Source: Patescibacteria group bacterium UBA2196 (GTDB taxonomy: Bacteria > Patescibacteriota > Patescibacteriia > UBA2196). Taken from it: a stretch of 42,947 nt of DNA. Each line of letters begins with the position of its first letter. Positions within the stretch are counted from its first letter, which is position 1. Shown here one piece after another: positions 8,591 through 18,123 of the stretch. Position numbers and translations under genes: made by a program. The stretch covers positions 1 to 42,947 of the forward strand of contig DCVE01000002.1 of the NCBI GenBank assembly GCA_002328025.1, given 5' to 3'. Under the pieces are notes generated by a model. That model searched no databases. It was not told the origin of the DNA and was given only the letters and a program-made list of their open reading frames with translations.

Positions 8591-9391
8591 ATGAATAATT
8601 TAAACCAACCACTTAAAGAATTAGATCCCAATTTTATCAGAAGAAATATCAAGGTTATAACCTTTGACTTGGATGGTGTAATTTTACCCAAAGGTACTTT
8701 TGTTAAGGAGAGTGTTGACGGAACAGAAGTAATTATAAAAACAAAAAAATTAAGTCCTAAAATGATAGAAATGATTAAAGAGTTAAAAAAATATTTTTGG
8801 ATTAATTTTTCCAGTGGCAAAGCCATGCTTTATTTGCAACACATGTTGAGCGATATTCTATGGGACAAAGTTTCCTTATGTGCCGAAAACGGCAACTTTA
8901 TACTCATAAATGGTACAATAAAACAAGTGGTCAAGTATAATGATAAATATTTTCAAAAAATTGCTAATATTCGTAACGAACTAAAACAGTTAAAAGCAAA
9001 AAATCCGCGAAGTATCTGTGGTTTTGAACCCAAGCATCTTATTATTACGGTTTATACTATTAAAAAAATACCAGCTATAGAAGCCATTATTAAAAAACAT
9101 GATAAAGAAAAAGAACTTTATTGTTTGTGGACCAATGAAGGCTATGACATTGGCCATAAAGAAACCAGCAAGGTTAATGCCTTACGATTTTTGGTCAAAG
9201 AATTAAAAATTAAACCCAGTCAAATGATCACCACTGGCAATAATTTAAATGATAAGGAAATGTTGGCCTATGGTATTGGGGTGAGTGTTGATTCGCATAG
9301 AGTAAGTGGTAAATATGCCATATCAAAAAAAAGGGGTATACTGGGGGGAGAAGTGTTGGCCACATATCTTTTATGGGCGATGAAATCTTAA
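8591..9391 (+). CDS. HAD-superfamily hydrolase (Cof/subclass IIB-like)
   Basis: FDLDGVI motif I, SSGK, AENG, SK..AL, GNNLNDKEML; ATG 8591 avoids overlap with the upstream gene. Confidence 0.85.
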   Translation: MNNLNQPLKELDPNFIRRNIKVITFDLDGVILPKGTFVKESVDGTEVIIKTKKLSPKMIEMIKELKKYFWINFSSGKAMLYLQHMLSDILWDKVSLCAENGNFILINGTIKQVVKYNDKYFQKIANIRNELKQLKAKNPRSICGFEPKHLIITVYTIKKIPAIEAIIKKHDKEKELYCLWTNEGYDIGHKETSKVNALRFLVKELKIKPSQMITTGNNLNDKEMLAYGIGVSVDSHRVSGKYAISKKRGILGGEVLATYLLWAMKS

Positions 9392-9421
9392 TCTATAATA
9401 ATTATTAATAATTTAAAATTT

Positions 9422-9511
9422 ATGCCAAACAGCGCCAAACGTGCTTACGATAAGCAGCAAAAGAAAAAAGCTAAAAAAGCTAAAAATCTAGCCAACAAGA
9501 CAAAAAAATAA
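9422..9511 (+). CDS. Putative 29-aa Lys-rich small protein (MPNSAKRAYDKQQKKKAKKAKNLANKTKK)
   Basis: ATG after an AT-rich leader, TATAAT upstream, hairpin downstream; not in the ORF track. Confidence 0.5.
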   Translation: MPNSAKRAYDKQQKKKAKKAKNLANKTKK

Positions 9512-9520
9512 AAAACACAA

Positions 9521-9551
9521 AAACGCACATATAATTTATTGGTGCGTTTTT
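9521..9551 (+). terminator. Intrinsic terminator
   Basis: AAACGCAC...GTGCGTTTTT. Confidence 0.6.
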
Positions 9552-9582
9552 GGTTTTAAGTTAAAAATGGTAAGATTAAGCC

Positions 9583-12348
9583 ATGAAAAAATTCATTTTA
9601 ATTGATGCTAACTCTTTAATTCATCGCGCTTTTCACGCTCTGCCGCCGTTGTTGACCAAAGACGGGCAACTGGTCAATGCGGTTTACGGCTTTGCCACTA
9701 TTTTTTTAAAGAGTTTGAAAGATTTCAAGCCCAATTATGTGGCCTGTTGTTTTGATGTTTCCAAAGACACTTTTCGTCGTCAAGAATATGAATTATATAA
9801 AGCTAATCGCCCCGAACAACCCTCAGAGCTGTATGAACAAATGGTTTTAATTAAGCAGCTTTTGGAAGCGTTTAATATCCCGGTTTATGAAAAGAAAGGT
9901 TATGAAGCTGATGATGTTATTGGCACCATCAGTCAGATTTTAAAAACACAACACACCGACATAAAAACAATTATTGTCAGCGGCGATCTTGATGTCTTGC
10001 AATTGGTTGATAAGACAACAGAAGTTTACACTTTAAAGCAGGGTATTTCTGAAACAGTCATCTATGATGAGCAGGCTGTTTTTGAGCGTTTTGGTTTTGA
10101 GCCCAAAAAATTAGTCGATTATAAAGCTTTGCGTGGTGATCTCTCAGATAACATTCCAGGAGTTAAGGGCATTGGAGAAAAAACAGCTCTAGACTTGATC
10201 CAAAAATTTGGTTCCTTGGATAAAATTTATGCGGCTGTGAGCAAAGGAAAGAATGATAAAATTAAGCCGGCGGTGTTTTTAAAACTAAAAGAACAAAAAG
10301 AGCAGGCTTATCTTTCGCAGCATTTGGCACAAATTTTGTGTTCTGTACCCTTAGAATTTAATTTGACCGATTGTGTAGTGCGTGATTTTGACACCGAGCA
10401 TGTGGTCAAGCTTTTCCAAGCTTGGAATTTTACTTCTTTAATTAACAAAATTCCGCAAGCCGAAAAAATGTTATATGCCAAACAAGGCACGCTATTTAAA
10501 AATTCAACCAGTGAAAGTAAAGAATCGGTTGCCACTGAAACCAGTTATCAAGTAAAAGATGGCTATCATTTAGTGGATGATCAAAAAACCTTTAGCGCTT
10601 TTTTAGTAGAGTTAAAAAAACAAACCATTTTTGCTATTGATACAGAAACCGATGGTCTTAATCCATTTAAAAATAATTTGTTGGGCATATCTTTTTCTTG
10701 GGTGGAAAAAGAGGGCTGGTATATTACTACTACCGCATTGTCTGCCGATGAAAAATTAACCATTGAGCTAAAAAATATTTTAGCTGATGAAAAAGTAAAA
10801 AAGATTGGCCATAATATTAAATTTGATTTAGAAGTTTTGGAACAAGCTGGTTTTAAACTAGCAGGTTTGTATTTTGACACCATGATCGCCTCTTATTTGC
10901 TTAACCCTGGCACGCGTCAACATAATTTAGAAGATCTGTCGTTTGTGGAATTTGGCTATAAAATGCAGCCCATTACCGCCTTAATTGGAGAGAAAAAAAG
11001 TCAGCAAATAAATTTATCTGCCGTGGATAAAGTTGCTGTGGCTAATTATTCTTGCGAAGATGCAGATCTTACCTGGCGGCTTTATTTTCGTTTATCAGAA
11101 AAACTTGACGATGCGGTGATTGAGGGTGTGTTGCAAAAAATTGAAATGCCGCTCATCCCAGTTTTGGCGGCTATGGAAAAAAGAGGTATCAAAATTGATA
11201 TTGATTTTTTGCAGGCCATGAGCGCTAATTTTTCTTTGCGTTTAAAAAATTTAGCTAGTAAAATTTATAAATTAGCTGGGACCGAATTTAACATTTCTTC
11301 GCCTTTGCAGCTAAAAACCATTTTGTTTGAAAAACTTAAAATTTCCACTGCGGGTATTGGTAAAATCAAAACCGGTATTTCTACTGCAGCGGCCGAACTG
11401 GATAAATTAAAAGGCCGGCACGAAATAATTGATTTAATTATGGATTATCGCGAATTAGCCAAACTGCGCAACACATACCTTGATCCTCTACCAATTTTGG
11501 CTGATGAAAACCAACGTGTGCATACTTCATTTAATCAAACAGTCACGGCCACCGGTCGTTTGTCTTCTTCCGAACCAAATTTACAAAATATTCCCATTCG
11601 GACTGATTTGGGGCGTGAAATTCGACGTGCTTTTGTGGCTGCGGATGGTTATAAAATTTTATCAGCTGATTATTCGCAAATTGAACTTAGAATTGTAGCT
11701 TCATTGGCCAATGATAAAAAAATGTTGGCTGCTTTTAAGGACAACGAAGATATTCACACGGCAACTGCGGCTAAAATTTTAGATCTACCAATAGAAAAAG
11801 TTACCAAAGAAGAGCGTCGACAGGCTAAAGCCGTTAATTTTGGTATTGTTTATGGTTTGGGTCCGCGGGGTTTAGCCGAAGGTACTGGCATTAGCTATGA
11901 ACAGGCGCAAGAGTTTATAGAACGTTATTTTGAAGTCTACAGCGGTATAAAAGAATATATTGAAAACACTATCGCCTTGGCGCACGAGTTGGGATATACC
12001 GAAACATTATTTGGTCGGCGGCGCTATTTACCAGAGATTAACGCACATCATCCGCAATTACGTGCCCAAGCTGAAAGAATGGCGGTTAATCATCCGGTTC
12101 AAGGCACTTCAGCTGATTTAATCAAGCTGGCCATGATCAACATTGAGCAATGTTTTCAAACCGAGTTTGTGGCTGGTGAAGCCAAGATGCTATTACAGGT
12201 GCACGATGAATTGGTTTTTGAAATTAAAGATGATCTGGTAGTTTATGCCAGTCGTCTAATCAAAGAAGCCATGGAAAATGTCTATCAACTCCGGGCGCCA
12301 ATTAAGGTTGAAATTGCCGTTGGTAAAAACTGGGGTGAAGAAAAATAA
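9583..12348 (+). CDS. polA: DNA polymerase I
   Basis: 5'-3' exonuclease (LIDANSLIHRAFHALP, YEADD), 3'-5' exonuclease (IDTETDG), ADYSQIELR, RRQAKAVNFGIVYG, LQVHDE. Confidence 0.99.
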   Translation: MKKFILIDANSLIHRAFHALPPLLTKDGQLVNAVYGFATIFLKSLKDFKPNYVACCFDVSKDTFRRQEYELYKANRPEQPSELYEQMVLIKQLLEAFNIPVYEKKGYEADDVIGTISQILKTQHTDIKTIIVSGDLDVLQLVDKTTEVYTLKQGISETVIYDEQAVFERFGFEPKKLVDYKALRGDLSDNIPGVKGIGEKTALDLIQKFGSLDKIYAAVSKGKNDKIKPAVFLKLKEQKEQAYLSQHLAQILCSVPLEFNLTDCVVRDFDTEHVVKLFQAWNFTSLINKIPQAEKMLYAKQGTLFKNSTSESKESVATETSYQVKDGYHLVDDQKTFSAFLVELKKQTIFAIDTETDGLNPFKNNLLGISFSWVEKEGWYITTTALSADEKLTIELKNILADEKVKKIGHNIKFDLEVLEQAGFKLAGLYFDTMIASYLLNPGTRQHNLEDLSFVEFGYKMQPITALIGEKKSQQINLSAVDKVAVANYSCEDADLTWRLYFRLSEKLDDAVIEGVLQKIEMPLIPVLAAMEKRGIKIDIDFLQAMSANFSLRLKNLASKIYKLAGTEFNISSPLQLKTILFEKLKISTAGIGKIKTGISTAAAELDKLKGRHEIIDLIMDYRELAKLRNTYLDPLPILADENQRVHTSFNQTVTATGRLSSSEPNLQNIPIRTDLGREIRRAFVAADGYKILSADYSQIELRIVASLANDKKMLAAFKDNEDIHTATAAKILDLPIEKVTKEERRQAKAVNFGIVYGLGPRGLAEGTGISYEQAQEFIERYFEVYSGIKEYIENTIALAHELGYTETLFGRRRYLPEINAHHPQLRAQAERMAVNHPVQGTSADLIKLAMINIEQCFQTEFVAGEAKMLLQVHDELVFEIKDDLVVYASRLIKEAMENVYQLRAPIKVEIAVGKNWGEEK

Positions 12349-12388
12349 ACAGTTTGACTCTTTGTTTTTTTCTGTTAGAATGTAGTTA

Positions 12389-13834
12389 ATGACGAGTAAA
12401 ATTAAAAAAATATTTATAATCAGTTTGATATCAATTGCGGTGCTGGCGATTGGTTTTTTTATTTTTAAAAAATATTTTTTTAAAAGTCAGCAGTTAGTGA
12501 GTTTTTTGCCGGCTGAAACCCTGGCTTACTTTGAATTTAATCCGCATGATAAAAATTTAATTGAACTCCAAAACAAAAATGTCAAGATTGCGCTTAATTT
12601 AGAAAAAATGTGGGCTGGTACGGGTTGGTGGGGTGATTTAAAAAAGACCGCTGTGCTGCCGCAAATTGAAAAAATTGGTTTAGTGTTTTTTAAAAATTCA
12701 CAGCAGAAAATTTGGTTGCTTGAAATCAAAAATGATTTTGCCGAGGCACTGCTACCGCCCAATGTTTTTGTGCGGGTTTTAGACAAAAATATTTTGGCTT
12801 TCTCAAGTGACAATAAAACATTAAATGATTTTATTGAGGCCAAAAAAATTTTGCCAGCCACGGATACTCAGAAAACTATTTACGACAAATTTAGCACCAT
12901 TAAATTTTTTAATGCCTATTTATCAGCGCCCTATTGGTTGGAATTAGCACAAAATAATTCTGATTTTAATGGTTTATTTTTCAGTCAGTTAAATCTAAAT
13001 CCAGCCACGCCACTATATTTTAGCTTGCGTGTTGATGGCGGACAGGTGGTCTTTAATGCACAAGCTGTGGGTATTGGTGATTATCAGTCAGTTGATATTT
13101 TGGCTAGTGATAGAAAATTGTGGCAAAATGTTTTGGGACAAGATTTTTTTGCTGCCTGGCAGGTGGCAGACTTAAAGACCACCGTTGCTATGTTAGAGCA
13201 AGAGCTAATCTCAAGATTAGGCGAAGAAGAGCTGAATGCTCAAAAAGAGGTATGGGCAAAAAAGTATAATTTTGTCTGGGATGATTTTTATGATCTTATT
13301 AATAATCCAGCAGTTTTTTTTCGAAAAAATAATTTTAGTGGCGCCTGGTTTGGTCAGAATACAGAAATTACGCCGATGATTGTGTTAATAAAAATTAATG
13401 ACGAACAAAAAACAGATACTCATTATAAAAAATTAAAAGATTTTTTTTCTTACCTAATAGCTTTTAAGTATCCCAGCGCCACAGCGGTCCGCTTGAATGA
13501 TGGTACGACAATAAAAAAATTAATGGCGGATCCCACACAAATTAAATGGCAATCAGCAGGTCGATTGGACTTTTTTCAAAGTGACGGGACAGTAATTGCT
13601 TTAGTAAAGGACGGTGCTAAAATTTATATAGCAAATGATGTTGATTTTTTGAAAAATCTGTTTTATGCAGCTCCATCACTTGCCGCAACATGCCCTGATT
13701 TTATTGGTCAAGAAATTGCTTATTATCGTACTAAAACCGTTCAGTCTGTGCCCTTAAGGTTTATTGATCAGCTGATTTTAACAGTTGATCGTCACTCTGA
13801 AGGTCTTAATATTAAGGGTTGCTTGGTGTGGTAA
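12389..13834 (+). CDS. Hypothetical membrane-anchored extracellular protein (weakly DUF3352-like)
   Basis: N-terminal TM followed by FLPAETLAY; 481-aa ORF. Confidence 0.65.
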   Translation: MTSKIKKIFIISLISIAVLAIGFFIFKKYFFKSQQLVSFLPAETLAYFEFNPHDKNLIELQNKNVKIALNLEKMWAGTGWWGDLKKTAVLPQIEKIGLVFFKNSQQKIWLLEIKNDFAEALLPPNVFVRVLDKNILAFSSDNKTLNDFIEAKKILPATDTQKTIYDKFSTIKFFNAYLSAPYWLELAQNNSDFNGLFFSQLNLNPATPLYFSLRVDGGQVVFNAQAVGIGDYQSVDILASDRKLWQNVLGQDFFAAWQVADLKTTVAMLEQELISRLGEEELNAQKEVWAKKYNFVWDDFYDLINNPAVFFRKNNFSGAWFGQNTEITPMIVLIKINDEQKTDTHYKKLKDFFSYLIAFKYPSATAVRLNDGTTIKKLMADPTQIKWQSAGRLDFFQSDGTVIALVKDGAKIYIANDVDFLKNLFYAAPSLAATCPDFIGQEIAYYRTKTVQSVPLRFIDQLILTVDRHSEGLNIKGCLVW

Positions 13835-13840
13835 AAAAAT

Positions 13841-14299
13841 ATGTTAAAAATAGTTATTGATACTAATGTTTTAATTGATGCTTTGGCAGATCGTCATAGT
13901 TACACTTGGCGCATTTTAAAATTGGTAGAAACAGGTGAGCTGCAAGCTGTGGCATCTGATAAAATTATACAAGAATATCAATTTGTGATTGATCGTGAAG
14001 TTAATAATGATGATGATAAAAACGAATTACAAAATTTTATTAGTCGGGTGGAAATTGTGCCAGTTACTCAGCACGTGCGGGTTGTACGTTTTGATCCCGA
14101 GGACGATAAATTTATTAATTCAGCCCTGTCGGCCCAAGCTGCTTACATTGTTTCTTCCGACTCGCATCTTTTGGAAATTGGATCATACCGCGATATTAAA
14201 ATTTTAAAACCAGTTAACTTTTACGATGTTTATCAGGGCGCAACAGATGGTGATGGCCAAGCGGCTTGGGCCGATGTTTTTAGTGGCTTGTTTAAATAA
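13841..14299 (+). CDS. PIN-domain protein
   Basis: IVIDTNVLI, QEY, DPEDDKFI, IVSSDSHLL. Confidence 0.9.
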   Translation: MLKIVIDTNVLIDALADRHSYTWRILKLVETGELQAVASDKIIQEYQFVIDREVNNDDDKNELQNFISRVEIVPVTQHVRVVRFDPEDDKFINSALSAQAAYIVSSDSHLLEIGSYRDIKILKPVNFYDVYQGATDGDGQAAWADVFSGLFK

Positions 14300-14305
14300 T
14301 TTTTT

Positions 14306-14836
14306 ATGAAATTAGTTTTGGACATTGAAACGCAAAATTCTTTTCAAGATGTTGGCACTCGCCTTAATCTTGGCTTATTAAAAATTTCCGTCGCTGTGGC
14401 CTATTGGTATCCGGAAGATAAATATTATGTTTTTACCGTTGATCAGATGGAGCAGATGGAAAACTTAATCTCCCAGGCCGAGTATTTAATCGGTTTTAAC
14501 ACCATTGGTTTTGATTTGCCAGTTTTACAGCAATATATGAAAAACATTAATTTATTGGATAAAAAACAAATTGACATAATGGCGCGTTTGGAAGATGTCT
14601 TGGGTTATAAAATCAGCTTGGATGCTGTGGCACGGGCGACTTTGGGGGCTAAAAAAAGTAGCTCCGGGCTAGAAGCTATAAAAATGTGGCGCGAGGGACG
14701 GCTTGATGAATTAAAAAAATATTGTGAGCAAGATGTGCGTTTGACCAAAGAAATTTATGAATTTGGAAAAAAGAATGGTTTTGTAAAATTTAATGCTGGT
14801 TGGGAAGAATATGAAGTGCCAATTACTTGGGAATGA
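14306..14836 (+). CDS. RNase H-like/DEDD exonuclease domain protein (RNase_H_2/YprB-like)
   Basis: VLDIET, GFN..GFDLP, SLD, YCEQDV. Confidence 0.85.
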   Translation: MKLVLDIETQNSFQDVGTRLNLGLLKISVAVAYWYPEDKYYVFTVDQMEQMENLISQAEYLIGFNTIGFDLPVLQQYMKNINLLDKKQIDIMARLEDVLGYKISLDAVARATLGAKKSSSGLEAIKMWREGRLDELKKYCEQDVRLTKEIYEFGKKNGFVKFNAGWEEYEVPITWE

Positions 14837-14878
14837 TATTGTTAATAAATTCATTACCATCAAAAAATCCCTCTGTTT

Positions 14879-15694
14879 TTAAGAAGGATTTTTTAATTTC
14901 AGTAGATTTTTGAATAGATATGCCACCGTTAGGGGCCCCACTCCACCGGGCACTGGTGAAATATATCTGGTTTTTTTAAAACATCTTGGATCAACATCAC
15001 CAAATATTTTTTTATCAAACCTGTTTATACCCACATCAATAATAACTGCATCTTTTTTTATCATCTCTGGTTTGAGAAAATGTTTTTGGCCAAGGGCGAT
15101 AACAATAATTGAATAGCGGTTTAAAAATGATGAATTAAGGGTTTTAAAATCATGCTTTAATAAAATATCCACGTTAGTTTTATGTTGGAGTAATTCTTTC
15201 TTTAATGATTCAGCAAATTCTTGACTATGGCACAAAATGACTGCTTTTTTATTTATTAATTTTTGCTTGGATAATTTTATTAAACGTAAGATGCTTTGGA
15301 TGGTGGGTGAAATTAATTTTGAAGAATTTAATCCATCCACGTCTTTTTTTATCGCAATTGCAGAAATTACTTTATGGGTATTATTTTTTTTTGGTAATGG
15401 CAACTGTAATAAAATACCAGTTATTTTTTTATTGCTATTTAATTCATGAATTAAATTAATTACTTCTTTCTCACCCACACTGGCAGGCAGATGATATTTA
15501 ACAAAATTTACGCCCAATTCTTTGGCGCGTTTTTCTTTAATACCTACATAAACTTTTGAAGCTGGGTCATGACCAACTAAAATCACTGCTAAAGTTGGTT
15601 TAGTTTTTAATTTAGCAATATTCTTTTTCAAATCTAAAAGCATTTTTTCTGCTTCTGCTTTGCCATTTAAAATATGATTATTATCCTTATTCAT
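14879..15694 (-). CDS. folD: Methylenetetrahydrofolate dehydrogenase/cyclohydrolase (divergent)
   Basis: YVGIK, LQLPLP, KDVDG, IDVGINR, GDVD, PVPGGVGPLTVA. Confidence 0.93.
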   Translation of the reverse strand: MNKDNNHILNGKAEAEKMLLDLKKNIAKLKTKPTLAVILVGHDPASKVYVGIKEKRAKELGVNFVKYHLPASVGEKEVINLIHELNSNKKITGILLQLPLPKKNNTHKVISAIAIKKDVDGLNSSKLISPTIQSILRLIKLSKQKLINKKAVILCHSQEFAESLKKELLQHKTNVDILLKHDFKTLNSSFLNRYSIIVIALGQKHFLKPEMIKKDAVIIDVGINRFDKKIFGDVDPRCFKKTRYISPVPGGVGPLTVAYLFKNLLKLKNPS

Positions 15695-16947
15695 TATAAC
15701 GATATTTTAAATTTCTTTGTTAGTTGTTTAACTTCCTTTAAAACTGTGACTGTATCTCTTTTTTCAAGTAACACTTGCTTTATCCATTTGGCAATTTGTT
15801 TCATTTCTTGCTCTTTCATGCCACGCGTAGTGCAAGCGGGAGTGCCCAGACGAATACCAGATGGTTTAAATGGCGAGCCGGTTTCATGTGGAACAGTGTT
15901 TTTATTACAAACAATGCCAGCTTGGTCTAATAAAACAGCGGTCTCATGTCCATTAATGTTTTTTTTGTCAGTCGGCAGATTTCTCAAATCAATTAAAAGT
16001 AAATGTTTATCTGTGCCACCAGATACAATTCTAAAACCATATTTTTTTAGCTCACTGGCTAAAATTTTAGCATTTTTAAGGGTTTGTTTGGCATATTTTT
16101 TAAACTCTTGACTTTCGGTTTCTTTTAAACACACACCAATCGCGGCAATAACATTATTAAATGGTCCGCCTTGTAAAGCTGGAAAAATAGCCCGATCAAT
16201 TTTTTCTTTTAACTCATCTTTACAAATAATTATGGCTCCTCTGGGGCCGCGTAAGGTTTTTTGCGTGGACATGGTGACTACATCAGCGTATGGAAATGGG
16301 GAATTTAAAACTTTACCAGCAATAAGACCAGCCTCGTGTGCCACATCAGCCAGATAATAAGCGCCGACCTTATGGGTAATAGCTGACATTTTTTTGTAAT
16401 CAATTTCTCGCGCATAAGCCGTGCCCCCAGAAATTATTAAATTGGGTTTATATTTTTTAGCTAGTTTTAAAATTTTACTATAATCAAAAATTTCGGTATT
16501 TTTTTCTACGCCATAATAACTAACAGTAAAAATTTTTGCAGATAGAGCAATTGTTTTGCCAGATGGTAACTTCCAACCATGGGATAAATGTCCGCCATCT
16601 GTTAAATTCATGGATAAAATCTTTTGCCCCGGCTCCAAAAGTCCTGTTATCACAGCCAAATTAGCAATAGACGCAGAAACTGCCTTGCAATTTACATGCC
16701 AATCTTTTTCTTTTAAGCCAAAAACTTTTAAAGCTCTTTTGTTAGTCAGATTTTCAATTTCATCAATTATTTCATTGCCTTGATAATATCTTTTGCTTGG
16801 TTCGCCTTCAGAATATTTATTAGCCAAAACAGAACTCAAAACCCCCCGGACATTTTGGGAGGCGTAATTTTCTGAAGCAATTAAAGTTATTTTTTCTTGC
16901 TGTCTTTTTGCTTCTTTTTTTATTAAATTAGAAATTTCTTGATACAT
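15694..16947 (-). CDS. glyA: Serine hydroxymethyltransferase
   Basis: LIASEN, NKYSEG, GGHLSHG, QKTLRGPRG, SGIRLGTPA. Confidence 0.97.
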   Translation of the reverse strand: MYQEISNLIKKEAKRQQEKITLIASENYASQNVRGVLSSVLANKYSEGEPSKRYYQGNEIIDEIENLTNKRALKVFGLKEKDWHVNCKAVSASIANLAVITGLLEPGQKILSMNLTDGGHLSHGWKLPSGKTIALSAKIFTVSYYGVEKNTEIFDYSKILKLAKKYKPNLIISGGTAYAREIDYKKMSAITHKVGAYYLADVAHEAGLIAGKVLNSPFPYADVVTMSTQKTLRGPRGAIIICKDELKEKIDRAIFPALQGGPFNNVIAAIGVCLKETESQEFKKYAKQTLKNAKILASELKKYGFRIVSGGTDKHLLLIDLRNLPTDKKNINGHETAVLLDQAGIVCNKNTVPHETGSPFKPSGIRLGTPACTTRGMKEQEMKQIAKWIKQVLLEKRDTVTVLKEVKQLTKKFKISL

Positions 16948-16987
16948 TTTTTAAAATATAAATAAATAAATTTTATTATTTTTGTTT

Positions 16988-17809
16988 TTATCTCAAAAAT
17001 TTAAAGGTAGAAAGGATTATATCATAGATAGCTGTATCAGGTGGATTGTTAACTTTTTCTTCAAGAGTGGTCTGTTGTTTAAACAAAGAAGGGTGTTCAT
17101 AATAATTAAAGCTATAAAAAATATTATTATTTGTTAGATAAGTGGATATCCGCCAGAATGCTTCGTCACCCTCAACGTCTATTCGTGATATTTTTAATGC
17201 TTTTACACCCCCTATTAATATTTCTTCCTCAGAAATCTTATGATAATTTTTGTCTAGTTCTTTTTCGTTAAGATAGATAATATTTTCCAACTTTGTTTCT
17301 GGTTTTATATTTATTTCCTCAAATTTATAAGATTGAATATCAATATCAATATAATATGCGTCACCATAGATGGAAAATTTTACCATTTCTTGACTTGTCC
17401 CTAGGCCCAGATGAAGTTCTTTGGGGTAATTAAATGAATATTGATATTTGAAATTTTCCAAAATTTCGGTGGTGGTATTTTCAGGGTTATTTTTTTGTTT
17501 ACCACCACTTAACATTTCTTTTGTTTCCCGTTCTCTGGTTTGAGATTTATTTTCCCAAGTTTTTGAAGTGACAAAAATCAAAGCAAAATAGATTAAATAA
17601 TAAATTATAATAATAAAAATTGGTATTAAAAAAGTTAATAGTATTTTTTTCTTATTTTTCCAACCGCTAAATACCCACATTAATATTAGTCCTAAAGGGT
17701 AAATTAAAAATAAAGTCAGCCAAATTAGCCAAGCCCTCACTCCATTTTTTTGGACTTTAATTGGTGATTCCAATTCTTTTTTTGGCCCTGTAAGATATTC
17801 TTTGAACAT
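16988..17809 (-). CDS. Hypothetical membrane protein with PsbP-like extracellular domain
   Basis: Two N-terminal TM segments (YPLGLILMW); YSFNYP, IGGVKALK, ILSTFKF. Confidence 0.7.
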   Translation of the reverse strand: MFKEYLTGPKKELESPIKVQKNGVRAWLIWLTLFLIYPLGLILMWVFSGWKNKKKILLTFLIPIFIIIIYYLIYFALIFVTSKTWENKSQTRERETKEMLSGGKQKNNPENTTTEILENFKYQYSFNYPKELHLGLGTSQEMVKFSIYGDAYYIDIDIQSYKFEEINIKPETKLENIIYLNEKELDKNYHKISEEEILIGGVKALKISRIDVEGDEAFWRISTYLTNNNIFYSFNYYEHPSLFKQQTTLEEKVNNPPDTAIYDIILSTFKFLR

Positions 17810-17860
17810 AAAAAATAAATTAGTAGTTATTAAATTTAAATCAATAAATTTTATTGCTCT

Positions 17861-17932
17861 TACCCTCGGTAGGAATCGAACCTACATGACCAGCTTAGAA
17901 GGCTGGTGTTCTATCCATTGAACTACGAGGGC
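17861..17932 (-). tRNA. tRNA-Arg (TCT), CCA not encoded
   Basis: GCCCTCG/CGAGGGT acceptor; CCAGC-CTTCTAA-GCTGG; GTAGG-TTCGATT-CCTAC. Confidence 0.96.
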
Positions 17933-17984
17933 ACGAGTAATAAAATTTATAAGTAGTTATTATAGATTGTTAAAGATATTATTG

Positions 17985-18046
17985 TCTATCCGCTCACACC
18001 ACAGGTGCTGAGCGGAAACTACGAGGGCACGAGTAATAAAATTTAT
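17985..18046 (-). repeat. Partial duplicate of the tRNA-Arg 5' end and leader, with a hairpin in place of the D-loop
   Basis: 18017..18046 identical to 17921..17950 (30 bp); hairpin TCCGCTCA-CACC-aca-GGTG-c-TGAGCGGA at 17989..18016; TCTATCC matches the tRNA D-arm. Confidence 0.85.
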
Positions 18047-18078
18047 CAATTTTTGTTTAATTTAAGCTATCAAGATAC

Positions 18079-18106
18079 GCCGGACAACGTATAAATGTTG
18101 TCCGGC
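18079..18106 (-). terminator. Terminator hairpin after lemA
   Basis: GCCGGACAAC-gtataaat-GTTGTCCGGC. Confidence 0.7.
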
Positions 18107-18123
18107 TATCTTTTTTTAAAAAA

